Of a stretch of 64,000 bases of DNA, positions 24,201 through 36,640 are shown one piece after another. The notes under the pieces were generated by a model that was given only the letters and a program-made list of their open reading frames with translations, did not search any database and was not told where the DNA came from. Where the stretch lies: NCBI GenBank assembly GCA_002269645.1, contig NIVC01000059.1, positions 124,001-188,000 of the forward strand. The letters run 5' to 3'. A program made the position numbers and the translations under genes. The stretch comes from Macrostomum lignano. Lineage: Eukaryota. Each line of letters starts with the position of its first letter. Position 1 is the first letter of the stretch.

Positions 24201-27200
24201 AGGCGGAGGTTGGAGTGGCTATCTTGCTGACAAAAAACAGCTGAACTTTAAAAGTGCATAGCACTATTTGGATTAACTTTGAAACTCAAATTTTATGCAA
24301 TTGTATCAAAATAGTTGAAGATTATTTGTGTTAAATTTGAAGATGATCAGTAGAAGTGGAGTGGCACTATGGAGGATTTAGTAAAAAATTGCATATTTTG
24401 AGCAGTTTTTTGTACTTTTAGGTAGGAAGACTCAAATTTAAGAAAATTTAGGGTAGCCTAAGACATTCTTCATAGTATGTTTAGGGTGGGTGCAAAATTT
24501 GGTTGAGTCATTTGGGAGTCCATAGCAATCAAAATTGTATTTAGACATATACTGTTGTAACCCAGGTTGGTTTGGGTGCCCAGTCCCGAGTACAATATAT
24601 ATTATACGTAAGATACAGGCGTAGTGATGCTCTGTCTATACTTTTATGGATACGAGCAGGCGTGACAACGCTCTGCGATAATAGTTCAATCCCTCTGGTG
24701 TTGTGACACTCAGAGTTCACGCTGCGACTCGGGGTGTGGTGACACTCTCGAGTGCTTCTAATCTCAATACTGTAGGTTGTACACACTATATAGAGTAGAC
24801 GGTACAATACTACAAAAAGCTATATGATCTCCCGGCGTTATGATGCTCTGGCAAGAACTCGGCCTAACAAGCTCCCAGAAAAGAACGAACTCAAGCAGCA
24901 GGCGGCTTACCAGTGGCCAAATCGCCGTTTGTACGTTTATTGCTCGTAGGTCTCAAGCGCAGGTTCGCACGTTTGTTGATTGGCTCTGAGGTCTCAAGCC
25001 AGATTCTAATTTCTTCTCAATTCTCAGACTCTTTTCAAAGACTGACTTCTCAATTGAGCTCTCGGGTTTCTCTTATCGTAGGTAGCTAATGTCGCTGTTT
25101 CTTACTCAAGTCAAGTCTCGCGCTTGCTATCTTGGAGCCTACAAAAACACAAAAAGCACAAACAGAACAAACAGAGCAAAGGGCGAGAGCAAGGCCCAGA
25201 GCCGCATTAAATAATAATCAAACCCTGGGGCCAATGGCCCCACTGGCTAAGCCCAACCAAACAAGCTACCCCAACAAAAAAGAGACTGGCCGCGCTGGCC
25301 AGCCCATCAAAACCCCGCCTAGGGGGGAGGGGCCGCACCCGCGCCAAAGCTGGCCTAGCCGCAGCCAACCAGCCCTGAGCACGGCTGGGGAGGGGCATGT
25401 GCAAAGCCCGGCCAGCGGCCAGACCCTGCCACGCCCGCCAACTTCCCCCCCCCCCAACAACCAGCCCCAAAGTGCAACGCACCCTGCCAACTGACAAGGG
25501 CGCAGCAAAGTTTTGATTTTTGTATGTATAGATTTTAAATCTTATAATATTTATAAATACTGATATTAGTGATATAGGCTGCAATAATAGATTTGAAACA
25601 AATTACCCATAATTAAAAAAATAATCTTTTTCCATGTTTGAGCCAATTTATTCCCTATTATTACATCTATCAAATCTATCACTTTCCATTTATCAAAAAA
25701 CCATTGGTAGTGATAATGCCATGTTAATTGTAAAAATAGGATAAATATATGCAACAAGGTTTTAAATTTGTATTAGGCTACTTGCTTTAGTTGGATGCCA
25801 CTGCATTTGTCAACATCTAATTTATTGACTGTTGACAAATTCAGTTTGACTTACCATGCACTATTGATAAATTTAGTAACCTGACAATATGTACATTATT
25901 GACTAGTATATTTACTATATGCTAAAAAGTATAAGACAAAGCCTATTGAGAAGATACATATAAGATAATCAAAGAGAATGGTTTTTATTTGATATTAATT
26001 TTTATAAGCTGTTAATACCTGTCAACTTTTAATTTACTAATTTCTATTATTAAATTCCTGGAACTATTTTTGTATGCATTTTTAAATCTGAAGTCCAAAA
26101 CCTTGTTAATGGTTGAAATAAACAAAATTTGGGATTAAAGTTGAATTAAAGTGACCTAATTCACTTGAGAAATGCAATAAAGTCTAATAAAGCATATGCA
26201 ACACACAAACCATTACACCCTTATAGACTCTTGATTTACTTGTACTCATATCTGGATATTCAACTATGTACAATATGGTATTTTATACATAATATCAATT
26301 GCCTAATTCATTAGATTTTGAGTCATATATGCACAATAGCATTTAGAATGTGTATTCATAAAGTCATTGAAATATTTGGCTATATTTTGCTCATTGAATT
26401 ATAGAAATTTATATTATTATATTAGGAAACAACTTTAGGTAAGTCTGTCTTATTGTTGATGAATTTGATTAGCTTATTTCAACTATTGACAAATTCAATT
26501 TCTTCCAATTTCTTAAACTTTGGGTCTATTGATGAATTCAGTATAACCCCTTTATTCAGTAGATAAATATCTATACACTCGTAGGTCAGGCTACAATAAA
26601 AGCTAAAGCCAAAGGGAATGATTATAATATCAATATAGTTGCATCTATCTCCTTAAGACTTGAAGATCTACACCTAATACAAATTACTACCAATAGGAAA
26701 TAAGTGAAATATATAGACCTAGGCTTATCAGTATCTATTTAGATATTTAGAGCTGTGGCCTTTTAGGTGTATGGCCATCTTGGTCATACACTATTATATT
26801 AAGCCTATATTTATCCTCTAGGCTAGCCCTAGGCTAGGCTAGGTCAATTCTGTCTTAGATTGATAGACTTAAAGTCGAAGGTAGGCTTGAAGTTAAGTAT
26901 ATGTTTTTAAAATAAAAAAAAATAAAAAAATATTTAATTTGTCATTTTTCTATGCACCCAACCCAACTATAAATACAATAAATTAATTTAATTAGCTATA
27001 ATTTAATGTAATGAAAACAAAAATGGATTTAAGCAAGATGCTCTGGGTTGATATATTTGATGTTAAGTGAAAATATACACAAGTAAACAATAATATAAAA
27101 TAGGGCAACCAGTTAAGAGTGAGAGGTAAAAAGTGAGGCAGTAAAATAATTTTGAAATATATGTATTAGCAATATAAATTTTTATTGCTATTTTTATTGC

Positions 27201-29802
27201 TATTGCTATTTGCTATTTTATTTGCTAACCTAATTGAGTACATATAGCTATTTGTTTTTTAATATAAGGTCCTTTTAAATATACAAAAATAAACACTTGA
27301 TTGAAGATTACTTAAAGTTTTGTGTCATTTTTGCCAACAATACTTGATTAAATTTTATTCATTAAACTTAATAAAATTAAAACCCTATTTTATTCCCATT
27401 ATAACCTTTTCTACCAGCTGCTCTCCAAGCACTTGCTAGGAAGAAGCGCCTTGAAAAGCAACTAACTCAGATTGATGGCACTCTGACAACTATTGAGTTC
27501 CAACGGGAAGCTCTGGAGAATGCTAGCACAAATACTGAAGTGCTAAAAGCCATGCAAGTGGCTGCTAAATCACTGAAAAGTGCTCATCAGGATATGAACA
27601 TAGATCAGGTAAGGCTAGTGAGGCTCACCTCAATAAGACAGTTTTAGTAGGATGTTAAATAAGAAGCATTTTTGTGTCAAATCAAAAATCTCTTATTACC
27701 CCCTTCTTTTGCCTTCTTTAGCCTGGTGTTTTATTAATAGCCTAAAGTTGGCCTGCCATGTACATTTCAGTGGCGCTGGGCTAACGACAGCACTAATAAC
27801 ATTCTTCCATATGTATACTTTAAGTCAGGGGTCGCCAAACTTTTTTCAACGTAAGGGCCAGATATAAAATCTAGCGCGTGACTGCGGGCCAGAGAGGGAA
27901 TAGAGGAGAAAAGGGAAGAAGGGAGGTGTGTGTGTGTGAGTGAGAGAGAGATAAGAGATAAGAGTGGAGAGTAGAGATGAGAGGAGAGGGAAAAGAATGG
28001 GAGAAAGGAGAGAAGAAAGAGGAGAGGGGAGAGAGGAGGGAGGCGATATGAGAGATGAGAGGGTAGATCAGGGGCGAGAAGCGGCGACATGATAGATGAG
28101 AGATGAGAGGGTAGATCAGGGGCGAGAGGCGGCGACATGATAGATGAGAGATCAGAGGGTAGATCAGGGGCGAGAAGCGGCGACATGATAGATGAGAGAT
28201 CAGAGGGTAGATCAGGGGCGAGAAGCGGCGACATGATAGATGAGAGATCAGAGGGTAGATCAGGGGCGAGAAGCGGCGACATGATAGATGAGAGATCAGA
28301 GGGTAGATCAGGGGCGAGAAGCGGCGACATGATAGATGATAGATGAGAGGGTAGATCAGGGGCGAGAGGCGGCGACATGATAGATGAGAGGGTAGATCAG
28401 GGGCGAGAGGCGGCGACATGATAGATGAGAGGGTAGATCAGGTGCGAGAGGCGGCGACATGATAGATCAGAGGGTAGATCAGGGGCGAGAAGCGGCGACA
28501 TGATAGATGAGAGGGTAGATCAGGTGCGAGAGGCGGCGACATGATAGATGAGAGGGTAGATCAGGTGCGAGAGGCGGCGACATGATAGATCAGAGGGTAG
28601 ATCAGGTGCGAGAAGCGGCGACATGATAGATGAGAGGGTAGATCAGGGGCCAGAAGCGGCGACATGATAGATGAGAGGGTAGATCAGGGGCGAGAATCGG
28701 CGACATGATAGATGAGAGATGAGAGGTTAGATGAGTAGAGAAAGAGAAGGGATAGGAGACCCCGAAGGAGCGGAGAGAGGAGACCTGAGAACAGACAAAC
28801 TTTGAGCGGGCCAGATTGCTATTGTGAAGTTTTATAGACCCGAGGGCCGGATAGAGAGGGCTTCACGGGCCGCCTGAGTTTGCCGACCCCTGCCTTAAGT
28901 GGTCCATCTAGTAGTTTTTATAGGCCAAATATCTGTGCTTACTGTTTAACTGCTGGATTAAAATTACAAGAAAAAAAGACATTTAATTAATTGACTTTGT
29001 GTGCTGATAAGAAAAGGAGGGGTGGAGCGCGCGACTGCGGAAAGAGCGGGATTGAAGAGCCAATCAGAAGGCAGCGAGGGATAGAGATAAGAGTAACAGG
29101 ACTGAATTAGACAGAGCGAACAGAGACGAACTAAAACGAACGGGCAGATGAACTTAATCGATGACTAAGTGAAAGTCGGCACAGATATACGAGTGGCCCA
29201 ACTACTTTAATATCAATTAAAACATCGACATCACTGCCCCAACGTTTACATTTTCTCTGTTGAGCCTCTTACCCGTAGAAGTCCGCAGACTGCATGATTA
29301 TTATATTGAAATCATATGAATCCTAATAATTATAAAACTAGTTGTTACTACTAATGAAGTATAAAAAATATGGAACTTGAAGTAAATGAAGTAAAACTGG
29401 TTTTTTTTACAATTTAGCATACGGGGTCCGAATTCCGGATGCGTGTCAATTTAACGTTGAAATTTAAACCCTCAAACATCAATTGCTGGTCATCGTCAGG
29501 TCCACGATGTTATGGACGAGATCCACGAACAGCAGGAGATTGCCCAGGAGATTAGCGACGCTATCAGCAGTCCGGTTGGCTTTGGCAACGACGCCGACGA
29601 AGACGAACTTTTAGCCGAATTAGAGGAGCTTGAGCAGGAGGAGCTGGACAAGCAGCTGCTCGATGTTGGCGGCTCCAGCGTGCCCGAGCTGCCTAGCGCG
29701 CCAAAGGACTCGCTGCGCGGCGGCGACAGCGTCCCGGCGTCCGCGGCTGGCGCCAAATCTGAGGAAGACGAGATGCGAGAACTAGAGGCTTGGGCTACTT
29801 GA
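21255..29802 (+). CDS. CHMP4: ESCRT-III subunit CHMP4/Snf7/Shrub, 3 exons
   Basis: Exons 21255-21423, 27418-27608 and 29500-29802 have GT-AG junctions, phases 1 and 0. Translation includes SPQEAIQRLRNTEEMLNKKSQFLEKKI...KNKR|AALQALARKKRLEKQLTQIDGTLTTIEFQREALENASTNTEVL...|VHDVMDEIHEQQEIAQEISDAISSPVGFG...DEDELLAELEELEQE...ELEAWAT*, the Snf7 family signature. Confidence 0.96.
21784..22411 (+). mobile_element. hAT-type MITE, copy 1 (CHMP4 intron 1)
   Basis: Termini TAGTGTTCC / GAAAACTA; TSD CCCTCTAC / CCTTCTAC (7/8); colinear along its whole length with the reverse complement of 61066-61706. Confidence 0.85.
22473..23640 (+). repeat. Same dispersed repeat (copy B, C-to-T decayed) in CHMP4 intron 1
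   Basis: Alignment by eye to 12268-13050. Confidence 0.85.
24556..25496 (-). mobile_element. Putative solo LTR, CpG-rich island inside CHMP4 intron 1
   Basis: TG...CA termini (minus strand TGTCAG...GTTACA), abrupt GC/CpG contrast with the flanks, AATAAA on the minus strand near 24937. No matching TSD found. Confidence 0.45.
27826..28892. mobile_element. hAT (Charlie-type) MITE carrying a 48/41-bp minisatellite, in CHMP4 intron 2
   Basis: TIRs CAGGGGTCGCCAAAC / GTTTGCCGACCCCTG; 8-bp TSD CTTTAAGT / CCTTAAGT (7/8); internal array about 28050-28730. Confidence 0.9.
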
Positions 29803-29959
29803 CTGGCTAAACTTGTGCTGAGCCTGACAAAACTGGAATATACATGTACTAGAATGATAATTGAATCGATCAACTTCATCTAACTAAAGTTGCGGTTAGA
29901 TTTTCAACCAGTTGGGTGCATTCTTAGTTTATAGTTTTTTACATGTATTGAGAATAGGG

Positions 29960-30311
29960 TACCGTGTCAGACAAAATACCTACTTGTCAGACAAGTTACC
30001 TACTTGTCAGACAAAATACCTACTTGTCAGACAAAATACCTACTTGTCAGACAAAATACCTACTTGTCAGACAAAATACCTACTTGTCAGACAAGTTACC
30101 TACTTGTCAGACAAATACCTACTTGTCAGACAAAATACCTACTTGTCAGACAAAATACCTACTTGTCAGACAAAATACCTACTTGTCAGACAAAATACCT
30201 ACTTGTCAGACAAAATACCTACTTGTCAGACAAAATACCTACTTGTCAGACAAAATGCCTACTTGTCAGACAAGTTACCTACTTGTCAGACAAAATACCT
30301 ACTTGTCAGAT
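29960..30311. repeat. 20-bp minisatellite downstream of the CHMP4 stop
   Basis: (TACTTGTCAGACAAAATACC)n. Confidence 0.95.
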
Positions 30312-30789
30312 TTAAGAGTTTATTATTTAAGGCTGTCTATCCCAGTTGATTACATATGTGACGTTTCCTAAACTAATATAATATATTATATTATCGTATG
30401 TTCATATTTTCTTAATAAGGCTTAATATCGCTTTACTGCGGAATTGCTATTATTTTTTTCCAATTTATTTCTGCTGCTTTTGATCTTCAGCACTTCTTTT
30501 CGAACTTCCTAACAACTGTTTAATGGGACTGTCACTAATACGCTCATTTCTGTATTTATTGCCCTTTATATAACTAAAAGATTGTATAATTTCTATTATT
30601 CTTTAACAAAAAATTTCTAATCAGACTGATTGTCCATTGCTTCGGTTCCCTATGCCGCATCGCCGTAAAATATACGAATGACGCAAGGGCGATCTGATTT
30701 TTTCTCTCGATTTTAACCAGATTGATTTAACTTGTTATAACTGCAAAAAAAATGGATTGGCTATCCGCGTTTTTATTTTCGTGTAGAAG

Positions 30790-31695
30790 ACATCGCATGA
30801 GCCGGCGGTACTGGAGGGGATCCCACCGGTAATGCTTCCTGCCTAGACATCGCATGAGCCGGCGGTACTGGAGGGGATCCCACCGGTAATGCTTCCTGCC
30901 TAGACATCGCATGAGCCGGCGGTACTGGAGGGGATCCCACCGGTAATGCTTCCTGCCTAGACATCGCATGAGCCGGTGGTACTGGAGGGGACACCGGTAA
31001 TGCTTCCTGCCTAGACATCGCATGAGCCGGCGGTACTGGAGGGGACACCGGTAATGCTTCCTGCCTAGACATCGCATGAGCCGGCGGTACTGGAGGGGAT
31101 CCCACCGGTAATGCTTCCTGCCTAGACATCGCATGAGCCGGCGGTACTGGAGGGGACACCGGTAATGCTTCCTGCCTAGACATCGCATGAGCCGGCGGTA
31201 CTGGAGGGGATCCCACCAGTAATGCTTCCTGCCTAGACATCGCATGAGCCGGCGGTACTGGAGGGGATCCCACCGGTAATGCTTCCTGCCTAGACATCGC
31301 ATGAGCCGGCGGTACTGGAGGGGATCCCACCGGTAATGCTTCCTGCCTAGACATCGCATGAGCCGGCGGTACTGGAGGGGATCCCACCGGTAATGCTTCC
31401 TGCCTAGACATCGCATGAGCCGGCGGTACTGGAGGGGACACCGGTAATGCTTCCTGCCTAGACATCGCATGAGCCGGCGGTACTGGAGGGGACACCGGTA
31501 ATGCTTCCTGCCTAGACATCGCATGAGCCGGCGGTACTGGAGGGGACACCGGTAATGCTTCCTGCCTAGACATCGCATGAGCCGGCGGTACTGGAGGGGA
31601 CACCGGTAATGCTTCCTGCCTAGACATCGCATGAGCCGGCGGTACTGGAGGGGACACCGGTAATGCTTCCTGCCTAGACATCGCATGAGCCGGCG
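30790..31695. repeat. 54/57-bp GC-rich minisatellite abutting the RTE-like fragment
   Basis: CATCGCATGAGCCGGCGGTACTGGAGGGGA(TCC)CACCGGTAATGCTTCCTGCCTAGA, two length variants. Confidence 0.95.
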
Positions 31696-32025
31696 GCATT
31701 CGGAGAAGCGTCTCCATGTGTGCTCGGCTCGTCCTGTCGAGATGCTCTCGGGGATGAGACCCCGCTTCCGAGCTGCCAGCATTTTGTTTTACATCGGCGC
31801 ATTCGTGCCGGACATCGTTAGCGACATGAGAAAAAGATGCGGGCTGGCCTGGGCCGCCTTGAGTGTGCTGCGATCTGAGGCTCTGGAGTCTGGATGACGT
31901 TTGAGACCGTTCTACTCTATCAGACTGAGACCTGACCGACCCTGACGACTGCCCTGGAGAAGTACCTGCATGGACCTGGACGCCGCGCACTCTTGCGATG
32001 CTGCGTTCTGCGTTATAATATGCGC
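31690..32025 (+). mobile_element. Degenerate non-LTR (RTE-like) reverse-transcriptase C-terminal fragment
   Basis: FYIGAFVPDIVSDMRKRCGLAWAAL (FxYLG...R.A.AW) followed by ETVLLYQTET*PTLTTALEKYL (VLLYGSETW.LT). Confidence 0.65.
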
Positions 32026-32432
32026 GAGCCCTCCGTTCTGACTAGTTGCAAGCCACTTTATGCAAACCAGCTCGGCTATTTTATAATATACCATACGAGA
32101 ATATTATAAACTTTATCCAGGGGATCTTCTAGATCTGTGGTCGCTTCGTTTCCTAGGAAGCCATATTTTTCTACGCTCGTAACTATTCATCAATATTTAT
32201 TTATTAATTTACACAGAACAGAACTTTTGAAAGGAAACATTTCCATATATTAAGACTCGACTTTGAATAGTTATGACTTGGAAAAATTTTGCCTTGGCTT
32301 AAGGGAACTTCAAATGGCAGGCTGTCAAATTTTGTGTTTCCAAGGGCCTCCCGCCGAAGAGATCACGTAGCAATGTCCATAAATGCTAAAGCTACATGTA
32401 AATGCATATGTGCATTTGTGTCTACTCACATG

Positions 32433-32680
32433 CAGGGTTGTAGCCAAGGACCACTGTAGTAGAGCCACAGTAGTAGAATACAGTAATTGATTCAGTTCAC
32501 CCAGCTATAAAATAGGTGCCATCATTACCTGGGGTAATTGAGGGTGCGGCGATCCCCCAGTCCTTGTGTCCTTGGACTGAACAGCCGTACGCAGCCTTTA
32601 GATGCGCCGCTCAAAAAGCTGCGGCTGAGCTGTCGGTTGCTCATCTACCTATTAGGGCAGGTGTAATCAAATATTATTTT
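32433..32680 (+). mobile_element. Second copy (3' part) of the same SINE family
   Basis: Shares CCCAGCTATAAAATAGGTGCC...TTGGACTGAACAGCC...GCTCAA.AGCTG.GGCTGAGCT.TCGGTTGC.CATCT.CC.ATTAG.GCAG with 17040-17200. Confidence 0.7.
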
Positions 32681-34444
32681 TAACGAACGTATTGTTATGA
32701 TTTAGACTACTCAAGATACTAGCCATTGGAAATGACGCTCAAGCATTCTGGGTTTTTTTTTCAACATATGCTCAAAACAAGAAGCTATCTGCGCTAGACA
32801 GCTCAACCCGTTCCTCGGTCCCGTGTGGAAAGCGCATCCAGCTGAATTCGCTATAGTGGCAACAATTGTAGCAATTAAATTAAATGGCTAATTGGGTTAT
32901 TCATGGCTTACACTTGATAACTTGAAGAGACACGGTAAGATGGAATTTTACATGTATATCGACTTTTTAAGACTCAACTACAGAAGTAAGGCAGTTCGCG
33001 GCGCTAAGCGGTTTTAATGAGACCGGGGCGGTGGACAGGTCAGCTGGGCACGCCTGCAATTAATGCTTTGTCTATCTTCCACCTAGCGGCGCCAAAAAGT
33101 TTGCCTCCTTAGATGGACCAAGATTACTGAGAGATAGTGAGATGATCTAATCGAAATTTTAATTCCATGCATTCTCGAGTTCTCCACAACCCCTTTCTTG
33201 GAATTCTTTCATTCCGGACATCAGCAGGTAACAAATTTTTTTCTTTATACTAGAATTTTTTTATTACGGATAATAATTATAATTTTAGTCAGCCTACAGA
33301 TCGCGTTGAAAGGAATTTGAAACGCCTACGAATAGGCTTAATGCCGATGCTAACTGCAATACTATACACTGTAAATAGCGGGTATATTGTCGTACTGCTT
33401 TGACCAAAAATAAGCGAAAGTAACAGGGACACTTTTGCAGACCTTTAGTTTTTTTGAGCCAATCTTCCCAGATCCTCAGTTGTTAAGCCAGCCTCCCAGA
33501 TCCCCAGTTGCTGTGCCAGCCTCCCAGATCCCCATGCAGTTGCTGGGTCAGCCTTCCAGAGCGTCAGTTGTTGGGCCAGCCTCCCAGTTCTATTTACCTC
33601 CCAGATGTATTTTGGAGTATCTGAGTTTACAGACCATGCAGGCTGTACATGTACACCCTCGTGAGGGCGTCATTGTCAAAAGACATGCAGTGCCATCAGC
33701 TGCTATTGATATTGCTACGTTACTTAGTAGTATGTATATAAAAGTACATGTTACGAATCCAGACCCAGAACCCCTTTTAAAAAACTTTGACGTTTGGAAC
33801 TGATTCGAGATATTACACGGGCAATTCTCGGGCGGGCAATTAATTCTATAGACAGACTCATTCTCACCGCCATCAGCTGAGCCATCAAATCACGCGAACG
33901 GTCGCCATTTGATTTCGATTGTGATGACCTTTGAGAGTTTGTTCAACATGCAGATACCGGAGAGCGTTCCCTCTTGCACGTTCCCGCGTGGCATTATCTC
34001 ACTAATTGGATTTAACAGCAGTGTTCAGCTCTCGTGTTTCAGGGCTCGTCCTGCTATACGTACGCAGGCTAAAACAAACAAGCGTAAGAGTGCGCAATTA
34101 GACTTATTAAAGCAGCATGATCTAGAGCAAAAACCACAGAGGAAAATTAGGTCTTAGATTATAGAGCGTAGTTTTTAAAAATTGGAAGCGTCCTTTCTTC
34201 GCTTTGTTGTTATTTGGGAGTTGTCAATACAATTCCGAGTTCTGTGCTCTTTCAGGAGCTCCAGCGAATGACAGCAGGCTGTCCTCGAAAAGGAAAGACA
34301 GCGCGGAGGCGGTCTGGGCCTCGCTGCAGCCAATGCCTGCCGACCAATGGCGTCTCAGATTGTCTTCCCAGCGCATATCAATAATGCTCTGCAACCCGCT
34401 ATCCCCTGATCCCAGTGTCTGGAGCAGAGCAGCAAAGCGACACC

Positions 34445-35563
34445 ATGTTCGCCTTCTGGTACAAGCACTTCGCCAAGCTCCTTGGAGTCGTGTTCGCCGC
34501 GGGCCTGCTGGGCAACGCTGCAGTGCTCATCGCTGCGGTGACTCAGAAAACGGCGCACAAGGTGATCAACGTCTACCTGGCTAACTTGGCTGTGGCCGAC
34601 CTGCTCCATCTCGTCTCCATTGTGCCGCTCATCCGCCTAGCAACCGTGAACAGCTGGCTGTGGGGAACGGCCCTGTGCAAGATGAACTACATGATCCACT
34701 ACACGAACTGGACCGCCAGCATCTTCATCATCACCGCTCTGGGATTCGATCGGTTCGTTGCCGTGGCGATGCCTGAGCGCTCCGGCAGCCTCCGCAACCG
34801 CCGGTTCGCCTGGGGCCTCACGCTGGGCCTGTGGATCCTGAGCGGCCTCCTCGTGAGCCCCATCGGGTTCCTCACCAGCGTCACAGCCAATGCGTGGCTG
34901 CTGAACGGCACGGACTTGAAGGTCCTCTACAGCTGCGGCCACTTTGCGCCGAAGCTCAACCGCTCCGACGCCTTCTTAGACGTCCTTCAGAGCCTCGTGC
35001 AGGACCCGATGATCTTCTCGGCTTGCGCTTTCACCGTCGGGTTCGCCGTGCCGCTCCTCCTGCTCGCGGTGTTCTACGGTATGCTCATCAGGAAGCTGCT
35101 CAACCAGTCTCAGGCCACAACTGCTGGCGCCCAGGCCGCTCAGAGGCGCTTTGGCCGCGTGACCCTCATGGTGGCGGCTGTGATCCTGCTGTACACCGTC
35201 TGCACCCTACCGCACTGGATCCACGTGGCGCTGAACTTGGCGGGGGTCATCAAATCGTACCGAGTCCTGTGGCTCACGTCGCACTGCTCAACTCTGCTGG
35301 GCTACCTGAACAGCGCCTGCAATCCCGTGCTGTACGCCTGGTACAACAAGCCGTTCCGCCAGGGCCTGAGCCGCTGCCTGAGCCGCTGCCTGCCGCAGCG
35401 CTGGTCTGACCGGCTGAATCGCAACGACAACCATCGGCAGGCGGACGACCGACCTCGCAGAGCTTCTGGGCAGCAGCAGCAGTGCCATCAGCAGCAGCAG
35501 CATCTGGAGGTCGCTCTGATGAACCCGAATGTCGTTGTTACCGTTGAAACAATTGATGATTGA
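34445..35563 (+). CDS. Intronless class A (rhodopsin-like) peptide GPCR, somatostatin/allatostatin/galanin-receptor-like
   Basis: ORF 34415-35563 has seven hydrophobic segments and the motifs GN (TM1), NVYLANLAVAD (TM2), LCK...DRF (TM3), W in TM4, F..P in TM5, CTLPHW (TM6) and NSACNPVLY (TM7). The first in-frame ATG is at 34445; the true start is uncertain. Confidence 0.9.
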   Translation: MFAFWYKHFAKLLGVVFAAGLLGNAAVLIAAVTQKTAHKVINVYLANLAVADLLHLVSIVPLIRLATVNSWLWGTALCKMNYMIHYTNWTASIFIITALGFDRFVAVAMPERSGSLRNRRFAWGLTLGLWILSGLLVSPIGFLTSVTANAWLLNGTDLKVLYSCGHFAPKLNRSDAFLDVLQSLVQDPMIFSACAFTVGFAVPLLLLAVFYGMLIRKLLNQSQATTAGAQAAQRRFGRVTLMVAAVILLYTVCTLPHWIHVALNLAGVIKSYRVLWLTSHCSTLLGYLNSACNPVLYAWYNKPFRQGLSRCLSRCLPQRWSDRLNRNDNHRQADDRPRRASGQQQQCHQQQQHLEVALMNPNVVVTVETIDD

Positions 35564-36640
35564 GCAAGTTCATCTAAACTGAAAATTTTCAGTTTCTTAC
35601 ACCCGATATAATTAATGTCGCTTCGTTGTCGATTTTATTTGATATGTTCTTATTGGAATAGGAGTTTTCCTGCTTTTACCAGTGATTGTTGCAGTGTACA
35701 ACACAGTTGAGTTTGAAGTTCACCCGTTGACAAGTTCAGTTCGAAACTAAACAAAACTCGTTGAGGGACCAGCTCGTATGTAAGTGTTGCAAAATCGCAC
35801 TAGATGTGTTTTAGCGCATTGTTAGCTGTTTTTGTCAACTATGAATAAATACCTGTCAGGCGTCAGCAAATAATCTAATACCACACACACGTACGCAGCT
35901 TCGCTGATTGCAAGCGAATTAATAAGTAGATGCAAATATTCACCGGAGGGCTGCGGGCATCCAGGCGCAACATCTTCAGCGACATCGTTTCACAATTCCA
36001 GCCCTTTTCTTTTCTTATAGCTCCATTGATTTTTGTAGAGCTTCTTGTTAAGAATAAAAGGCTTTAATTATACTAGGCTAATATTTCTGAGAAAAGCTAC
36101 TTAGTCTAGTTCACAATGGTCTCATTTTTCGGAATGCTTGAATCATTGCACGAGCGTAGTAAGTATGAGTAAATATAGATTCATAAAGCGAATGAATCAA
36201 GCTGTTTGCCATTTTTCGGATATTTAGGCACAGGACATGTAGTAACATAAAAAGTTAACATCACAGAATCCTAATTGTTTTCAAACAAAGAGCCTACGAA
36301 TGTCATTATCAGAAGACGAGCATTGGGTCTGCGTCCTATCAAAAGTAACAAATCTTGTGCCTATAAACTGAAAACCGCGTTCATTCCCAGTAATGTACAT
36401 GTATTTATTCGGCAGAACCTGCCTTCTAAAAATTTCCAGGAAATGTAGTTTCCCGTCATTCTGCTTGAGTAGTCCTTGGGTTCATTTCGCATAATCAAGC
36501 AGAATCGGAGCTGCTGTTGCACGAGCGCAGATGCCCTGTTTCGTGGATTCTGGATGCAGCTGAATTCTACCTGAAGCAGTTTCCATCTCGGTTTATAATA
36601 TACCTTAATATAATTTATTGCTATCGGAGGGTACTTGCTA

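Noticed and set aside
30727-31990. Long ORFs of 351 and 405 aa with repeated peptides
   Set aside because: They are products of a 54/57-bp minisatellite (both multiples of 3, no stop in those frames). There is no domain signal or splice context.
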